The position numbers and the translations under genes were made by a program. Of a DNA stretch of 64,000 nt, positions 1 through 19,640 are shown piece after piece. The notes beneath the pieces are model-generated. The model saw nothing but the letters and a program-made list of their open reading frames with translations. It searched no databases and had not been told where the DNA came from. The stretch lies in the NCBI RefSeq assembly GCF_009914755.1, contig NC_060947.1; one strand, given 5' to 3'. This DNA is from the human T2T-CHM13v2.0 reference genome, Homo sapiens. Numbering within the stretch: position 1 is the first letter of the stretch; every line of letters begins with the position of its first letter.

Positions 1-628
1 GATAATGAGTGAGTTATCAGGAGATCTGATGGTTTTATAAGGGGCTTGATGTGGTTTGGTTTTGTCCCCACCCAAATCTCATATTTAATTGTAGTTCCCA
101 TTATCTTCATGTGTCATAGGAGGGACCCAGTGAGCAGTAATTTAATCATGGGAGCGGTTACCTCCATATTGTTCTTGTGATAGTGAGTGAGTTCCCACAA
201 GATCTCTTGGTTTTATAAGGGGCTTTTCAAAACCCCTTTGCTTAGGACTTTTCCTTCCTGCTGCCATGTGAAAAAGGACATGTTTGCTTCCCCTTCCATC
301 ATGATTGTAAGTTTCCTGATGCCTCCCCAGCCCTGTAGAACTGTGAGTCAATTAAAACTCTTTCCTTTATAAATATTACCGAGTCTCAGGTATGTCTTTA
401 TTAGCAGTGTGAGAATGGACTAATACAGGGCTCTTACCCCTTCACTCAGCACTTCTTCCTGCTGCCTTGTGAGAAAGTGCCTTGCTTCCTCTTTGCCTTC
501 CTCCATGATTGTAAGTTTCCTGAGACCTCCCCATCCATGCTGAACTGTGAGTCAATTAAACCTATTTCCTTTGTAAATTATCCAATCTCAGGCAGTTCTT
601 TATAGCAATATGAAAACAGACTAATGCA
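1..628 (+). mobile_element. MaLR LTR (MST/THE1-like), 5'-cut by the window edge, host of a nested THE1 LTR
   Basis: Typical motifs ccatgattgtaagtttcctgag, aactgtgagtcaattaaacc and terminal actaatgca. Confidence 0.8.
47..427 (+). mobile_element. THE1-type solo LTR nested in the MaLR LTR
   Basis: TG...CA termini (tgatgtggtttgg...ggactaataca) with 5-bp TSD GGGCT at 42-46 and 428-432. Confidence 0.85.
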
Positions 629-1915
629 GGCATTCTGCAGTGGCCCTGATCCTGCAGTAGTTCTCTGATTGGACCCCAAGTTTCTCTGAGGCATTCATTG
701 AAATTTAGGAGGTATCCATGCCTCCACAGCTCATTCGCTCTGGGTGACTGCAAAGTAAGCACCACGTGAATGCTGTCAACGTTTATATAGCCTGTACCTT
801 CCAGAGAAGCTGCCCTTGCTGCAACTAGGCCCACTTGAGCCACAGCTGAGACTGCTGCGGAGCACTGCACTGGAATAGGGGAAGCAGAGACTTGAGGTGG
901 CCTTAGGCAGCAAACTCTGAGGATCTTCAGGCTTCCCAGGACCCTGCCTTGAAACCATTCTGCCCTCAAGCAACTAGCTCTCTGTGGCTGTGATGAGAGT
1001 GGTAGCCTGGAAGATCTCTGAATTGCCTTCAGGGTCATTCCTCCATTGTTTTGATAAAAGGAATCAGGCTTCTTCCTATCTATACTAATCTCCTCATCAA
1101 ATGGTCACTTGGCCACACCCTTGGTTTTCTCTCCTAAACACAGGTTTTTATTCTTTACTCGGCGAGGTTGACAATTTTCCAAATCTTCACATTCTTCTTC
1201 CTTTTTGATTATAAATTCTATCTTTAATGTGTTTCTCTTTTACTGCATTTTACTATAAGCAGCTGGGCCACACCATAGAGCACCCTGAACAATTTGCTTA
1301 GATATTTCTTTCACCAAATATTCTAGTTCATCACTCTTAAATCCCGCCTTCCACAAAGCAGAACGTGGATACAACTCAGCCAAGTACTTTGCCACTTTGT
1401 AACAAGGATGGCTTCTTCTCTAGTTTCCAGTAAGATATTCTTCATTTCCATCTGAGACCTCATCAGGATGGCCTTTACTGTCCATATTTTTATGAACATT
1501 CTGTTCATGACCACTTAGGTAATCTCTAAGACTGAGCCTTTCTCTACAGCTCTCCTCTTCTAAGCTCTCACCAGAATTGCCCTTAACATTCTGTCCATGG
1601 CAATCCAAGCTTTTTCTAGCCTGCACCTTAAAACTCTTCCAACCTCTACCCAGTTCCAAAGCCACATTCACATTTTTAGGTATTTGTTAGAGCAGCACAC
1701 TTACTTGTCAATACCAATTTCTGTCTTAGTTTGTGCCGCTATGGAGTACCTTAGACTGAGTAATTTACAGTTCAGGAGGCCAGGAAGTTCAATATCAACA
1801 CACAAGCAGGTTAGGTATCTGGTGAGTGCTGCTCTCTATTTCTAAGATGGCACCCTGTAACTGCATCTTCCAGAGGGGAAGAATGCTGTGTCCTCACCTG
1901 GCAGAAGAGCAGAAC
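629..1915 (-). mobile_element. MaLR internal region plus partial LTR (MST/MLT1A-like)
   Basis: Minus-strand remnant ORF MNVALELGRGWKSF...DEVSDGNEE is typical of MaLR-int; LTR junction ataccaatttc|tgtcttagttt at ~1722. Confidence 0.7.
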
Positions 1916-2536
1916 ACTGGTCTTCTATGGCTTTTTCTTGAACATTTCAAGCTGCTTCATACAACAAGGCTGTTGAACTTGGCTATCTCCTCTGCCCAGA
2001 ACACTCTTCCTCCAGATATTTACTTAACAAATTCCTTATGTCATTCAAATGTCATCTCTGTGTAGAAGCACTGTTCACACCCATTCCTTATGCCAACTCT
2101 CTATTCTCTTTTCTTTTATTCACAGAACAAATTGAAATTATATATTTGTTGGCTTCTGATTTGGAAGCTATGTGAAGGCAGAAACATTTGGTTAGTTTTA
2201 TTCACTGCAAAATCACCCAGTGCCTAGAAGAGTACTTCACAAGTGGGAATCTCTCATGAAACACTTGTTGAGTGATTGTGTGACTGATTGTGGACTAACT
2301 TATACTAAAAGTGAAAATAAATAAAATATTAGCTCTTAAGGCAAAAAGATGTTCAGGCAAGGAGTGCCGAGTGAATCTGAGCACGGAGCTATTGCAGCCA
2401 ACTAGAGAAACGGAGAAACTTGGAAGCTTGGAAGTTATAGATAAGGAAATACCAAAGAAGAGTTTGAAGATTACAGATTAATCCAGTATCTTAGGACTAG
2501 AAGAGAATGTGAATATTTGTCTTAAGAAGAGATGGT

Positions 2537-2836
<300 letters not shown>

Positions 2837-3207
2837 AAGAAGAGATGGTGAGTGGGAAAGTGATGTAATTAGATATGTTCCATGCATATCATAATTATTG
2901 TATGTAATTATTGGTATTAGTGCCTTAATTTACTCTTTGATAGGCCTAGGTTCTACCCTTTCCCCATCAGTTTTCTTCTGAGTTCCCAATCTACTAGGTA
3001 GTTGAACAGGTAAAATCTGTTTATTTAACTTCATATTAATCTATTCCTATGTAATGTGTATATGTATCATGTGTGTATATATTATATAATCTATATGTAT
3101 ACATTTCTACTAAGCTTATGTTCAATGTTAGCAGTAGTTTCTTTTTCTCCAGTCCTTAATAAAGTAATTAATATTCTGATGAAAACAGAGTTAAGATACT
3201 TATGTTA

Positions 3208-3520
<313 letters not shown>

Positions 3521-3661
3521 TTAACATGTTAAGTATTGTTAAGTTTTATGATTTCATTATCTCCTTAAAAAGTTTTTTTTCCAGAAATCATGGGGACAAA
3601 TAAATACAAATTATTTCACTTCTGCCATGATGTATATTGCTGGCATTGATTGTATTCTATT

Positions 3662-3955
<294 letters not shown>

Positions 3956-4653
3956 AGTTATATTCTTTTGCAAACATATTATTGAGGACAATTAAAAAAA
4001 AACAAAAACAAAGCAAAAATCCATATATATATTTTAAAGTTCTCTAATTTTTTATTTTAAAGTTATTATATTTTAAATGATAAATGTACCCATAGACTTA
4101 GTGCAAAGAAAAACATTATATTTTCCCCTCAGTATAACATATTGAAAATATAAATAAACAATAAAGCACAAGGCGAAAACAAGCAGGAAAATAGCATTTA
4201 AAAATGCATATAAATAAATGTTATCTTCACTGATATCTTCGTTTATACCCATAAGCTACTACAAAATTATTTTTAAATCTACGTTGCCTTTAAAAAAGGA
4301 AACAATTCAGCCTGTCTTTTAAAAATCTCCACAAATATATTTGCAAATAAGTTTGAAGATATTTCCCAGATGTTTTTCATGTGATGTTTTTTCTTTCAGA
4401 CACAGAAAGCAAATGAGCATTTTCACAGAAACTTGTTTTTTAATAAATTGGTGGCTGATTGTGCAGGTGTGTGAATGAATTTTGAGAGGCTCCCAGCATT
4501 CCTGGGGGCTCATCCTTCAGAGGATAGATTATGGGGTAGAAGCACAGGGTTGGGGGCCTCTGACTCCCATTTAAATGCCAAAAATGTGAAAGTACCTCTC
4601 TGATTTGCCTAGAGCCATCCATATAAGAATTTAGGCTATAAAAAAAATCTAAA

Positions 4654-4969
<316 letters not shown>

Positions 4970-5879
4970 TTATTGCTATTTTTATATGACCCAGCACTAA
5001 GTAATGCTCAGAATGTTTTGTCCTCTAAGTTTTAATAGGCAATGTTTCTTCTAGACAAATATCCAGAAATATTTTTTAAATAAAGCTTGGGGAGAGGTTT
5101 ACAAAGCACCCATACAAAGCCATTTTAATATTTTGGAAGAGAACAAGCTATATAACATTTATATTGAATTCAAGGTAATTTTTAAGTAATGAAGTGTCTT
5201 ACCTCATTTTATTCCAGTCCCCTCGTTTTACAGATTTTACAGCATAGAGAAGAGAAAAAACTTCTGGCAATTCATACTGCCAGATAATGAGAAAACTAGT
5301 AGTGGAAACCAGGTCTCCTGCCCATGAACTCACCAAGCCCCATCCCTTGATCTTTTCACTATACCACTCAGTTTACTTTCGGATTCAAAGTAGAAAAATA
5401 TAGTGGAAATGTGTATAAGATAGTTTCTTGATTTTTTTAACTAATTATACCATTTAAGCCTAGGAAGAGAAGAAGGAGCATTTTATTTTATAGTTAATAA
5501 ACTAAAACATACATTTTTCTTAACTAGAAAGGCAGAAACTAAGTTGACAAGTCCTGTGCACAGTATCATTTTCAAGCATATCTCTGATGAAAAAAAAAAT
5601 TGAAAGCAACACAAACAACTGTTACATGAAGCGTATAACAAATTGGTAAATGCTTTTGATCCTTTGAGCAGGAAGGGACAATTGAGTAGATAACCACCAT
5701 ACAACTGTGGGAAAATGCTCACTGCTCTTTATTCTGGGAAGCTACTTTCTGCATGCAAACACAAAAGGAAAGTAAAATAAATTAAGCAACTCATCCACTT
5801 ATAGCTAAGCTGAAAACATGTAGTATATAGTTTATAGATGACAGTGTGAAGTGTGAAGTCAAGCACTACCAGAAGAGAG

Positions 5880-6850
5880 CCAGCTAACTATATCAGGGGA
5901 GAGAAATGGGATGAGCAAGATGTCTTGAAAAGCACTGTGGGCTACAAACTATAATAGATTCAGTGAGGTCAAGTGCAGTTTTCCAGGACTTGGACTTGGC
6001 TTCAGAACTCAAATGTACAAGATGGGAAGTGGTGGCTTACCAGTAATACATTCAAATAAGACTTGGGGGTTTGAGTTGACAGTTAATATAAATCAATTAG
6101 AGTTAAAAATCATATAATCTTAGGGACATATACACTGAAATATGATAACCGTAATAGGAGAAATTCTAGTTCCACTCCACTCAGTGCAGTCACAGGTAAA
6201 TTACCTAATTTCCATGTGCCTCAATTTCCTTATTGTCCAAATGGGGATTCAAATGCCTCATTCCTAGTCATGTTGTAAGGATTAAATTAATTAATACAAG
6301 TAAAGTGCTTGGCACACTACTTGATACTCAATAAAGGCTAGCTTCCATTATTATTATTATTATTATTCAGCTTACTCTAAGACACTGAACTCAGTGATGC
6401 ATTTTTTAAAAAGGGATAAACTAGTAAGTATTCAACAGAATGTGATCACAAAGTGACCGAAAACCCCCTCAGAATCTCATCATATAAGGATAACTTATGG
6501 GAACCAGCATGCTTAACATGAAGAAAAGATGACTTCGATTATTATGGAAACTGTCACTACATATCAGAAAGGCTGTTTTGTGGACGAGGAGGCAGATTTG
6601 TTCTCTGAGGCTCAAGGCAGAGGGTAGAAACTACAAGGAAACAAGATCTGGTTTAATACAAGCAAGACTGTTATGATCAACAGAATTATCCACAGATGGA
6701 GTGGGCTGTCTCAGGAGGCTGACAGTTGAAGCATTAGTTGAATGTTTGGCTAAGATTTTGAAGACAGGGTTTACACATCAGATGGTTGGGTAGGACTAAA
6801 TGACAGCTAAAATTCTGTTCTTTCCAGACATGAGTTCCTATAATTCTATA
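5880..6850 (+). mobile_element. L3/CR1 3' fragment interrupted by a MIR (~6190-6350)
   Basis: gacttgggggtttgagttgac and 3' end ...ctaaatgac...ttcctataattctata resemble L3; MIR core cctcaatttccttattgtccaaatgggga. Confidence 0.5.
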
Positions 6851-7114
6851 ACCATTCTCCAAGGACACTTTGGTGGTCAAGCCAGTCTAGTAACATTGAC
6901 CCTAAAATTTGTCTGGGGGAAGAAGCTTGCCATTATCACACAACTATTAGCAGTTTACAGTGTAACACTGTGACAATGGCTAACCAGATTAACCACAGAG
7001 CCAAATACTTAAGACTGCAGAATATGGCAATCCACAGGGGGAAGAAAAAGATCACAAATGTAGGCAAAGCTGCCCAACCTCCTCCAAGGATCAGAGAAAT
7101 GCACATTGTATTTT

Positions 7115-7430
<316 letters not shown>

Positions 7431-7438
7431 ATATTTTA

Positions 7439-7921
<483 letters not shown>

Positions 7922-8338
7922 TTATAATGAACAACCTCAAACTATCCAGATATCTATCAATAAGTAAACAAAATGTAGTAGACTAATACCACAGACTGGC
8001 TCACTTTTGCACCAACTTAATATTTGCACTGACTTGGAAGATCTGCAAGACTTATAGTTAAATGATAAAAGGAAGCTGCACAACAATGTGTGCATTATGT
8101 GACAATTTTGGTTAAAAATACAAGTAAAGACAGTGCAAACTAAATATTTCTATAGAAATATCTGTATTTATGTAAATTCATAGAAAAACTCCTAAGGGAT
8201 ACACACAACACTGTTGGGGAGGGAAGAGGGTTTCCTCAGCAGTCAAAAGTACTGTAGTTTAATATGTAATTCTTGGAATTTTTAAAACAAGAACTTTCTA
8301 TGTTTTATTTGTTTAATTAAAAATAATTATTTAAAGCA

Positions 8339-8665
8339 GACCAGACATGGTGGCTCACGCCTGTAATTCCAGCACTTTGGGAGGCCAAGGCAGGATGATC
8401 ACAAGGTCAGGAGTTCAAGACCAGCCTGGCCAAGAGACCAGCCTGGCCAATATGGTGAAACCCTGTCTCTAGTAGAAATACAAAAATTAGCTGGTCATGG
8501 TGGCAGGAGCCTGTAATCCCAGCTACTCCAGAGTCTGATGCAGGAGAATTGCTTGAACCTGGGAGGTGGAGGTTGCAGTGAGCCGAAGATCATGCCATTG
8601 CACTCCAGCCTGGGGGACAGAGCGAGACTCTGAATCAAAAAATAAATACATAAAATAAAATAAAA
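8339..8665 (+). mobile_element. AluS with internal ~17-bp tandem duplication
   Basis: agaccagcctggccaag/agaccagcctggccaa duplicated at ~8418-8450. Confidence 0.88.
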
Positions 8666-8692
8666 TGAATACTTGAACTGAAAATGAGAGAA

Positions 8693-8985
8693 GGCCAGGC
8701 GCGGTGGCTCATGCCTGTAATCCCAGCACTTTGGGAGGCTGAGGCAGGTGGATCATGAGGTCAAGAGTTCAAGACCAGCCTGGCCAAGATGGTGAAACCC
8801 CATCTCTACTAAAAACACAAAAATTAGCCAGGCGTGGTGGCGGGCGCCTGTAATCCCAGCTACTCAGGAGGCTGAGGCAGATAATTGCCTGAACCTGGGA
8901 GGCGGAGGTTGCAGTGAGCCGAGATCACGCCACTGCAGTGCAGCCTGGGCAACAGAGCGAGACTCTGTCTCAGAAAAAAAAAAAA
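8693..8985 (+). mobile_element. AluS
   Basis: TSD GAAAATGAGAGAA on both sides. Confidence 0.9.
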
Positions 8986-9680
8986 GAAAATGAGAGAAAA
9001 CTAGAGCTGATGATGACACTAGAGATCATTAATCCAGCGACCTCATTTTACAAGCGAAGAAAACGGAGGCTTAGCATTGCATTCAATTTGTTCAAAGTTC
9101 TACAGTTATTTAAGGAGCTAGAACTAAAGAACAGTTGTGTAAGAAGAAAGCATAGGCCTTGGGGTCAAGAAGCCTGGATCTGGGCCTTAACCATGCATTA
9201 GGTATATGGTTTTAAGAAGCACACAGTCTCTGATTCTGTTTCCTCTTCTGTACAACTGGGGGTTGTTTATTCATGAATCATTTAGTTGCAAGGAACAGAA
9301 ACCCAATTTAAGCTAACCGCGGCAAAAGGGAAATATGTCACCTTAAAAAAGAAAAGTGGAAGAGACCTCAGGCACAACTACATCCAGGGATGCAAATAAT
9401 GTCTTCAAGATCACTTATATTCTCTCTAAATATCGCTATTCATGTGTTCATTTATGCTGTTCCATTGAAAAACCATGTGGTTCTTGTTAAACATTCTATC
9501 ACAATACCTTGCACTCCCTTATGACTGGGGAGAAGATATATCCCCACCAAAAAGGATTCTCATAGCAAAAGAATAGAGAAATAAATTGGATGGGTATAAA
9601 CAAAACAATTCACTGCCTTAATCATCTCATAGGACAAACAGAAGGAGCAAACAAGGAAACGTAAGAGATGGTAGTGCAAT

Positions 9681-10040
<360 letters not shown>

Positions 10041-10366
10041 CTAAACTCCTGTCGACACCAGTCACCTGTAATTTCCACTCTTCCATGTTGTAGCTTTGTT
10101 GTCAAACTTTGGTGTAATAAATTATCATTACTGATGTGCTCTCTCTGATCCTCTTTCCCTCACAATCTTTGTGCAATTATTTTCCCTACTTTGTCAATGC
10201 ACCATGATGGCCATTGCATTTCTGTTAAAACAGTTAGGAAACGTTCACTACAAAATGTTCCTACTTCAAAGCTTTGGAAGTAGAAGAGGAAGACTATGCA
10301 GATTGGTAAATATTAACAGCAACAGCAACATTAAGAGAAGTTACCAGACTGGAACTTTGTTTCTAA

Positions 10367-10692
<326 letters not shown>

Positions 10693-10812
10693 GGAAAATA
10701 TTCTTAAAACTCTACCTTCTCCTGTCTTTGCTGCTATCACTATACCTTTCCATTATCTGAGGGAATTGTCATGAACAATAATCAGCATATGCAACAAATA
10801 TAAGTGGTTTGA

Positions 10813-11199
<387 letters not shown>

Positions 11200-11288
11200 T
11201 AAACACTAGCTAAAATACTGAGCCACTTAGCTATATTCTCCCAATTACTTCTTTCTTATCTAATATTCCTCAGCTATTTCCATTCTGA

Positions 11289-11581
<293 letters not shown>

Positions 11582-12920
11582 TAAACGTTTAGTGTCAGTT
11601 GCTATTAGTATAACATGTTGAAAATATTTTAAAAAATTAAAGGGAGCTCAAAAGACTGTAACTAGAATGATAGGAAGTCCAAAGCCAACATGCTAACTTT
11701 AATTTCTTAGTCTTATTTTCTATTTTCTGTAACTGCCTTCCCTTCCGAGTTGAAAATAACTTTCTAGTGCTTATCCAGTCTGTCAAAAATGACAATAACA
11801 GGAATAGTAGAAATTTGCAGAATCTGAAACCTTAAAAATAACTTATGCTTCATCAGCTCATTGATCTTCATAGCAAGATTCCATGAGTTAGTGAGGGAGG
11901 GTTTATTTTTCCTATTTCAAGAAGCGGAAATTGAGGTTCATATAGCTGAGTGATTTGGGTAAAGTAACGGGCCTAGTAAATGCAAGAGCCGGACCTTAGC
12001 TCCCAACCTAGAGTTTTTTTCTATGACATCATCATATGGTTCAACAAATGTTTGAATATCCATTATGCACAGAAAATTGAGAGACATAAATGGTATTGAA
12101 TATATATGGATTTGCCATATATTCCTCGGAACCTAAGGGGCACAGTTTAAATGGCAGAATGTGCTGAAAAATAAACAGTAAAAGTTAAAAACAGTTTATC
12201 TTGTTCACTAGAGCTTGCCTAGTGCCTAAAATACACCTAACACACAGTAGGTACTCAATGAATATATATATATAAAATATTTGAATAATTAATAAATGAG
12301 AAGCCATATAAAGATCAAAGTAACAATAAATATAAAATGTCATGGTGCCAAGTGTATAAGTGCTTGGGAGACTGCCATTCCTCAAAATCTTCCTTAAAAG
12401 AGACTATGCATATAACACGTAAACAGTACAGACTTAGGGTCCAACAGAATGCCGTTTAAGATCTGTGGGACCTTGGGAAAGTTTTTGAATCTCTTGAATG
12501 TTGATTCATTCCTTTATTCAACAGACACTGTAACACACTGTCAGGGAATAATAATGATAATAGGCTCAATGTGTTGTTATGATGATGAAATGGAAGAAGA
12601 TGTATAAAGTGATTAAGACATAGTAAGCACTCAATATGCAGTAGCTTTTATTCGTATTATTATATCTTCCAATATTCACTTTCCTGAGACACCCCAGACA
12701 AACAACTAAGGTGACAGAATGAGCTCACTATTGTGTCCTCTCAATTCCAGAGCAATTAAACAAAAACACACAATCAGAAACCAAGTGAAGGTTTGAAATT
12801 GGATCAAACAAACCAGTTTTACCGGTGTAGGATAGGGGATTTCTTGACCTGGCACCAGCCACTGTTACTAGACGAGACAGAGTCATCACAACAGAATGTT
12901 GTACGTAAAAGGAAGAAAAC

Positions 12921-13222
<302 letters not shown>

Positions 13223-14542
13223 GGAAGACAACATTTTTACAAGGAAAAGTTTGGCAGGAGATGGGAAAATTTAGCTTGAGGAAGAGGAGACTGGAGGGCA
13301 GGAGTGAGGAGAAATTGGTGAGGATGGAACAGATAATATGTGAGTTGTTTTCAAGGGCTGTTTAACAGGGAGAGAACCTAGAATTATTCGTGATTACCCC
13401 CAAGGAGGGCATTTCTGAGTGACAGACTCATGAAGGAAAAGTTAGAAGAGAAATTATAAAAACCCAATAAATGGAATTCAAAAATTATAGTCTATATTGT
13501 CTTAATTTGGGGCAGCAGGTGAAGTGGAGGGAGGGGTGGTAATTCCTTTGAAAGCAACTTGAATAAGAAATAGCATAATGATGATATTTATGATGGCACT
13601 TCATAGCTTTCTTCATATTCACATATATCTTACCATTCAGCCTACAAAAAATAATGTAAATATTATTTTACATTAAATGTAATTGCTACACAAATATGTT
13701 TTTCTTAAGCAACCCATAACAAAAATTCAGTTATTTTCTTTCACTGCATCATTAACCCTTCACTTTCCCACCAATAGAGCAGACAGTTAGTAAAAGCTTT
13801 TTCTATGCATTGCAAATCTTATCTGAGCATCTCTGTCCCTAGCATAAAAGCACCTGTAGAAAATTAACAGCTTTAGAAAACTGTAGAGGAAATAAAATCT
13901 GAAGGATAAGTAAGATAAAGTCTTCTAACACAGGGGAACATGTCATAAACAAGCCACATCAATACTCCTCATTAATCAGTGAGAAAGGACAAATGCTAAT
14001 TTAACATGCAGCAGCAGAGGTTGCTTTAAACATGGCTTTCAAATGTCTTTTATTTCCTAAAGATGCTTATGATATCAAATATCAAAAAACATAAGCTACG
14101 TATCGCATCCAGTGAAAAGCTAAGAACAATTTATTACAAAAGGATTTTGGTGGTAAGAAAAATATTGGGATTATTCACACTCTTGAGGCATTTTTGATAA
14201 AATTATTCTATTGGTATATAAAGTATATTAACCTTGATGACGGCAAATTTTGATGTGAAACCCAAATAAGAGATCTATAACTGTTCAGGACTCCAACTTG
14301 GAATCTTACATTAGACATCACTGTTTCAGATGTATTTCTCTATCTTGGGTATATTATTTAAAGGCAAACATTAGGTAGAATATTAAAACTTTCTGATAAC
14401 AATGAAATGTCTTGAGATTATGACCTGAAATATTCTCAAGGCCATTTTATAGCTTCATTCATCTCAAGGCATATTTGTTGAACTCAAAGGAAGTACTCAG
14501 GAAGTGCTTAGTACTAAATACCACATAGAAGTGAAGAATTTG

Positions 14543-14839
<297 letters not shown>

Positions 14840-15554
14840 GAAGTGAAGAATGTATGTGTCTAGATCCTGAGGAGTGCTAATGTAATCTGAAATAAGCACA
14901 ACATGGATAGGTTTGAGAACTGTCGTACTATGATGAATTTCATAACAGAGGTACAATAAATTAAGTTCTGTCATATGTTCTGTGAAGCTAAATTCAAATC
15001 ACAAGCCAATAATTGTGAAGAAAAGTTGTTGAAGATGCTGACAATAAATATTTTGCTAAGAAATATATAATATCCAGTTAGAAAAGAAAACTCGTATGCA
15101 GAAGTTTAATGGATGCATGAACACTTAAATTTTAACATTGACATCCAACTTACTTTGCAAAACAAAATGACTGATTTTCTTAAAATTACATCAACTATAC
15201 AATTAGTAGTTTTAGTATTTAAAAATACAAATTTCACACACTAACTGGATTCTCTGCTGCACACATTTCAAGATATAAAATAGAGTCATTTTGCTTTCAG
15301 TCCTGGATCATTTGTCTAATGAGGATCATCATGAGACATAAGTGGTTGTCACATTACATGCACTACTGGGAAAATCGTTGGATAGTCCAGTCCAAAGACA
15401 GATATTCTATAACAGAGACCTAAGTTATTGTTATTGATAATTACCCGGAAAGAATATCATCGTTTAAGCCTTATTTGATTTTCCTAGATATCACTCTATC
15501 ACTCTAAGTTATCTCTCAATAACTTGTTATGCTCATTTCCGTTGAACCATGAGA

Positions 15555-15810
15555 AGCAGTTGAGCATAGCGTTTATGAGAATTGACTTTGGAATCAAACA
15601 TCCCTAGGTTCCAACTCATACTCTGATATCTATCAGTTGTGTGACCTTTGTAAAAGTTACTTTATTCTTAGAACCCATATTTCCTCCCCAGCAAAATATG
15701 AACAAGGATAGCACCTGCCAAAAGAAGATTTTGAAAGGATTAAATGAGATAATGAAGGTAAAATGCTTAATGCAGTGTCTGATTCATGGAAACATTTAAC
15801 GAATAGAAAC
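15555..15810. mobile_element. MIR
   Basis: Core-like tgtgacctttg...aggattaaatgagataatgaaggtaaaatgctta. Further MIR fragments at ~5200, 9030, 11850, 12430, 16400, 23340-23810, 37790, 41290, 46750, 53980 and 63050. Confidence 0.65.
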
Positions 15811-16096
15811 TATATTTATAATTAATAACAAGTGATTTTGTATGCTCTCTAAGCAAGAGAAGCTGAAACACTGAAAGATACAGCTTGCTCAAGTCTAGTT
15901 CCTATAGCTTATAAAGACATGGAGTCAGTAATTCCTGTATGAACTTAGAGTTCCATTAGAGTCACTTCAACCTAGAGGAAATCATGTAATGAGGGTGTTA
16001 TTACATATTGGCCATTTGGTTCATTTCTCTGGGTATATAAGGAGAAAGAAGCCTAGGGTTATTATGTAGCAGGTACCGTCTATGGTTTACTACCAA

Positions 16097-16130
16097 TCTC
16101 TCTCTCTCTTTCTATATACCTCTTTCCCTA

Positions 16131-16194
<64 letters not shown>

Positions 16195-16202
16195 TACATA
16201 TA
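16097..16202. repeat. Compound microsatellite (CT)n/(TG)n(TA)n(CA)n
   Basis: Directly visible. Confidence 0.95.
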
Positions 16203-16788
16203 TTCTTAATTGATTATAAGTAAAACCTATCAAATGAAAATAAAAAATCTCTTAAACATACAGTTTAACATCAAATTTTATTCAGTAGGTTTAGATACTA
16301 TTATTTATAAAAGAAAAGTTCTTCACCCTGGCTTTAAGAAGAAATTAAAGGTCATAGAATTATACTTCTGTATACGAAATTCACAAACACACAACTAATA
16401 GCTACCCTATATACCAGGAACTATGCTAAGTGTTTTACATGCATTATCTTATTTAATTTTCACAGCTCGACTTGGTAGATACCATGGACACATTTTGAAG
16501 AAAAGGAAACTGAAGCTCACAGAAGTGAAGGGACTCGCAAAAGATCCTATTGCTGTGAAGTGCTGGGGCCACAACTTGAAGAGAAGCTGTCTAGTTTTAA
16601 GGCCCAACTTTTAAAATTCTATATGAATAATGTTTCTCAAAGAATAAGATAATGAAAGATTAAGAACATCCAAATATATGCTGAGGGGTGAGAATGAGGT
16701 GGCAAGGAAACTTTTTTTGTAAGGAAGTTTAGGAGAAAATCCACGTGACCTTAGGTAAGGTGAAGAGTTTCTATATTTTTAACATTGA

Positions 16789-17090
<302 letters not shown>

Positions 17091-17825
17091 TAAGGTGAAG
17101 AGTTTCTATATGCAATATCAAAAGCATGATCCATGAAAAATATTGATGTTAGATTTTATTAAAATTAAAAACTTTTGTTCACAAAAGATACTGTTAAGAG
17201 GGTGAAAGGCATTCCACAGAGTGGAATAAAATATTTACAAAATACATATCTGATAAAAAAACTTGTATCCAAGGAGATAAAGAACTTTGAAAACTCAACA
17301 ATCACAAAGAAATCAACCTTCTCCAAACAATGGTCTAAATATCACAACAGCCAACCAACCAAAGAAGATTTACAGATAGAAAAGGACCATATGAGAAGAA
17401 GCTCAATATAATTTTTCACTTGGGAAATGCAAATTATAATGTGATACCACTACACAGCTACTGGCTACTAGAATGCATAAAATCTAAAACACAATAGCAA
17501 TTGCTGGTGAGGATGAGGCACAACAGGAACTTGCATTTATTGCCACTGTGGATGCAAAATGGTAGAGTCACTTTGAAAGATAGTTTGGTAATCTCTTACA
17601 AAGCTAAACAAGATTCATCAGTTGTGCTCCTAAGTATTTACTCAATTCACTTGAAAATCTGTGTTCCCACAAAAGCATATATGTGAAGGTTTATTCATAC
17701 TCACACAAAACTGGAAGTAACCAAGATGCCCTTTAATAGAGAAATGGATAAACAATACAATATTGTATAAATATTGTAACATTTATTACAATAAAATATT
17801 ATTTGGTAATAAAAAGAAATGAGCT

Positions 17826-18631
<806 letters not shown>

Positions 18632-19529
18632 AAAAAGAAATGAGCTACCAAGCCAAGAAGAGACACAGAGGAATCTGGAAAACTTAATACCTAGGCGATG
18701 GGTTGATCTGTGCAGTAAACCACCATGGCACACGTTTACTTATGTAACAAACCTACACATCCTGCACATGTACCCCTGAACTTAAAATAAAAGCTGAAGA
18801 AAAAATAAATAAATTAATTAAAAGATTGGGAAAAAAGGAAAGAAACTAGTCAGAAAGGCTACATACTATATGATTTAAATTATATGACATGTTGGGAAAG
18901 GAAAAACTACAGGGACAGTAAAAAGATCAATGGTTGCCAGTGGCTCAGTGGCGGGGAGGAAAAGGTTTAATGGCTAAAGCACAGGAGATTTTTTAGGGAG
19001 GTGAAACTATTGTGTATGATATTGTATTCATGAATAAGTGACGCTATGCATTTGTCATAAACCATATAACTTTACAGCACAGAGAGTATAACTTAATGTA
19101 TGCAAATTTTAAAAATAATTTATAAAGTTGGGGGATCCAAGAATGAAATTAAGACTGTGATGAAATCATCTTAACTGTATAACAAATGTATGAAACAATC
19201 TCACTTAAGGAGGTGGAGGGAAAAAGTGAGGACATAAGTAACTTTGGAAATGAGTGCATACGGTAAGACTAAAAGCAAAAGGAACTGTACATCAAAGTGC
19301 TGTACTTTAGTTGGTAAAGTTGTTTCCCATGGGGCTATAGGTTAACAATTCTAAAACCACCAAGCATGTATACTGTAATTGAACAATTAGGTAAACAGAT
19401 GGATGGTTGTGAGAGCAAAGTGTCTCATTCTTGAAGTGGGAGGTTATGACAAGCAAGGGGAGAAGGCTAGAATGATCTACATAGTAATAGAGTTGAAGAC
19501 ATCAGTACAAAATCTTGTTTATCATACTA

Positions 19530-19597
19530 GATATAGATAGATGTATAGACAGAGCTGGTGATGATAGATGATAGAGATAGATGATAGGGAGGGAGGG

Positions 19598-19635
<38 letters not shown>

Positions 19636-19640
19636 GAGAT
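19530..19640. repeat. (GATA)n tetranucleotide STR with degenerate flank
   Basis: About 9 perfect AGAT units at 19598-19635. Confidence 0.95.

Noticed and set aside
562-1038. 158-aa minus-strand ORF
   Set aside because: Lies in MaLR internal/LTR sequence; degenerate.
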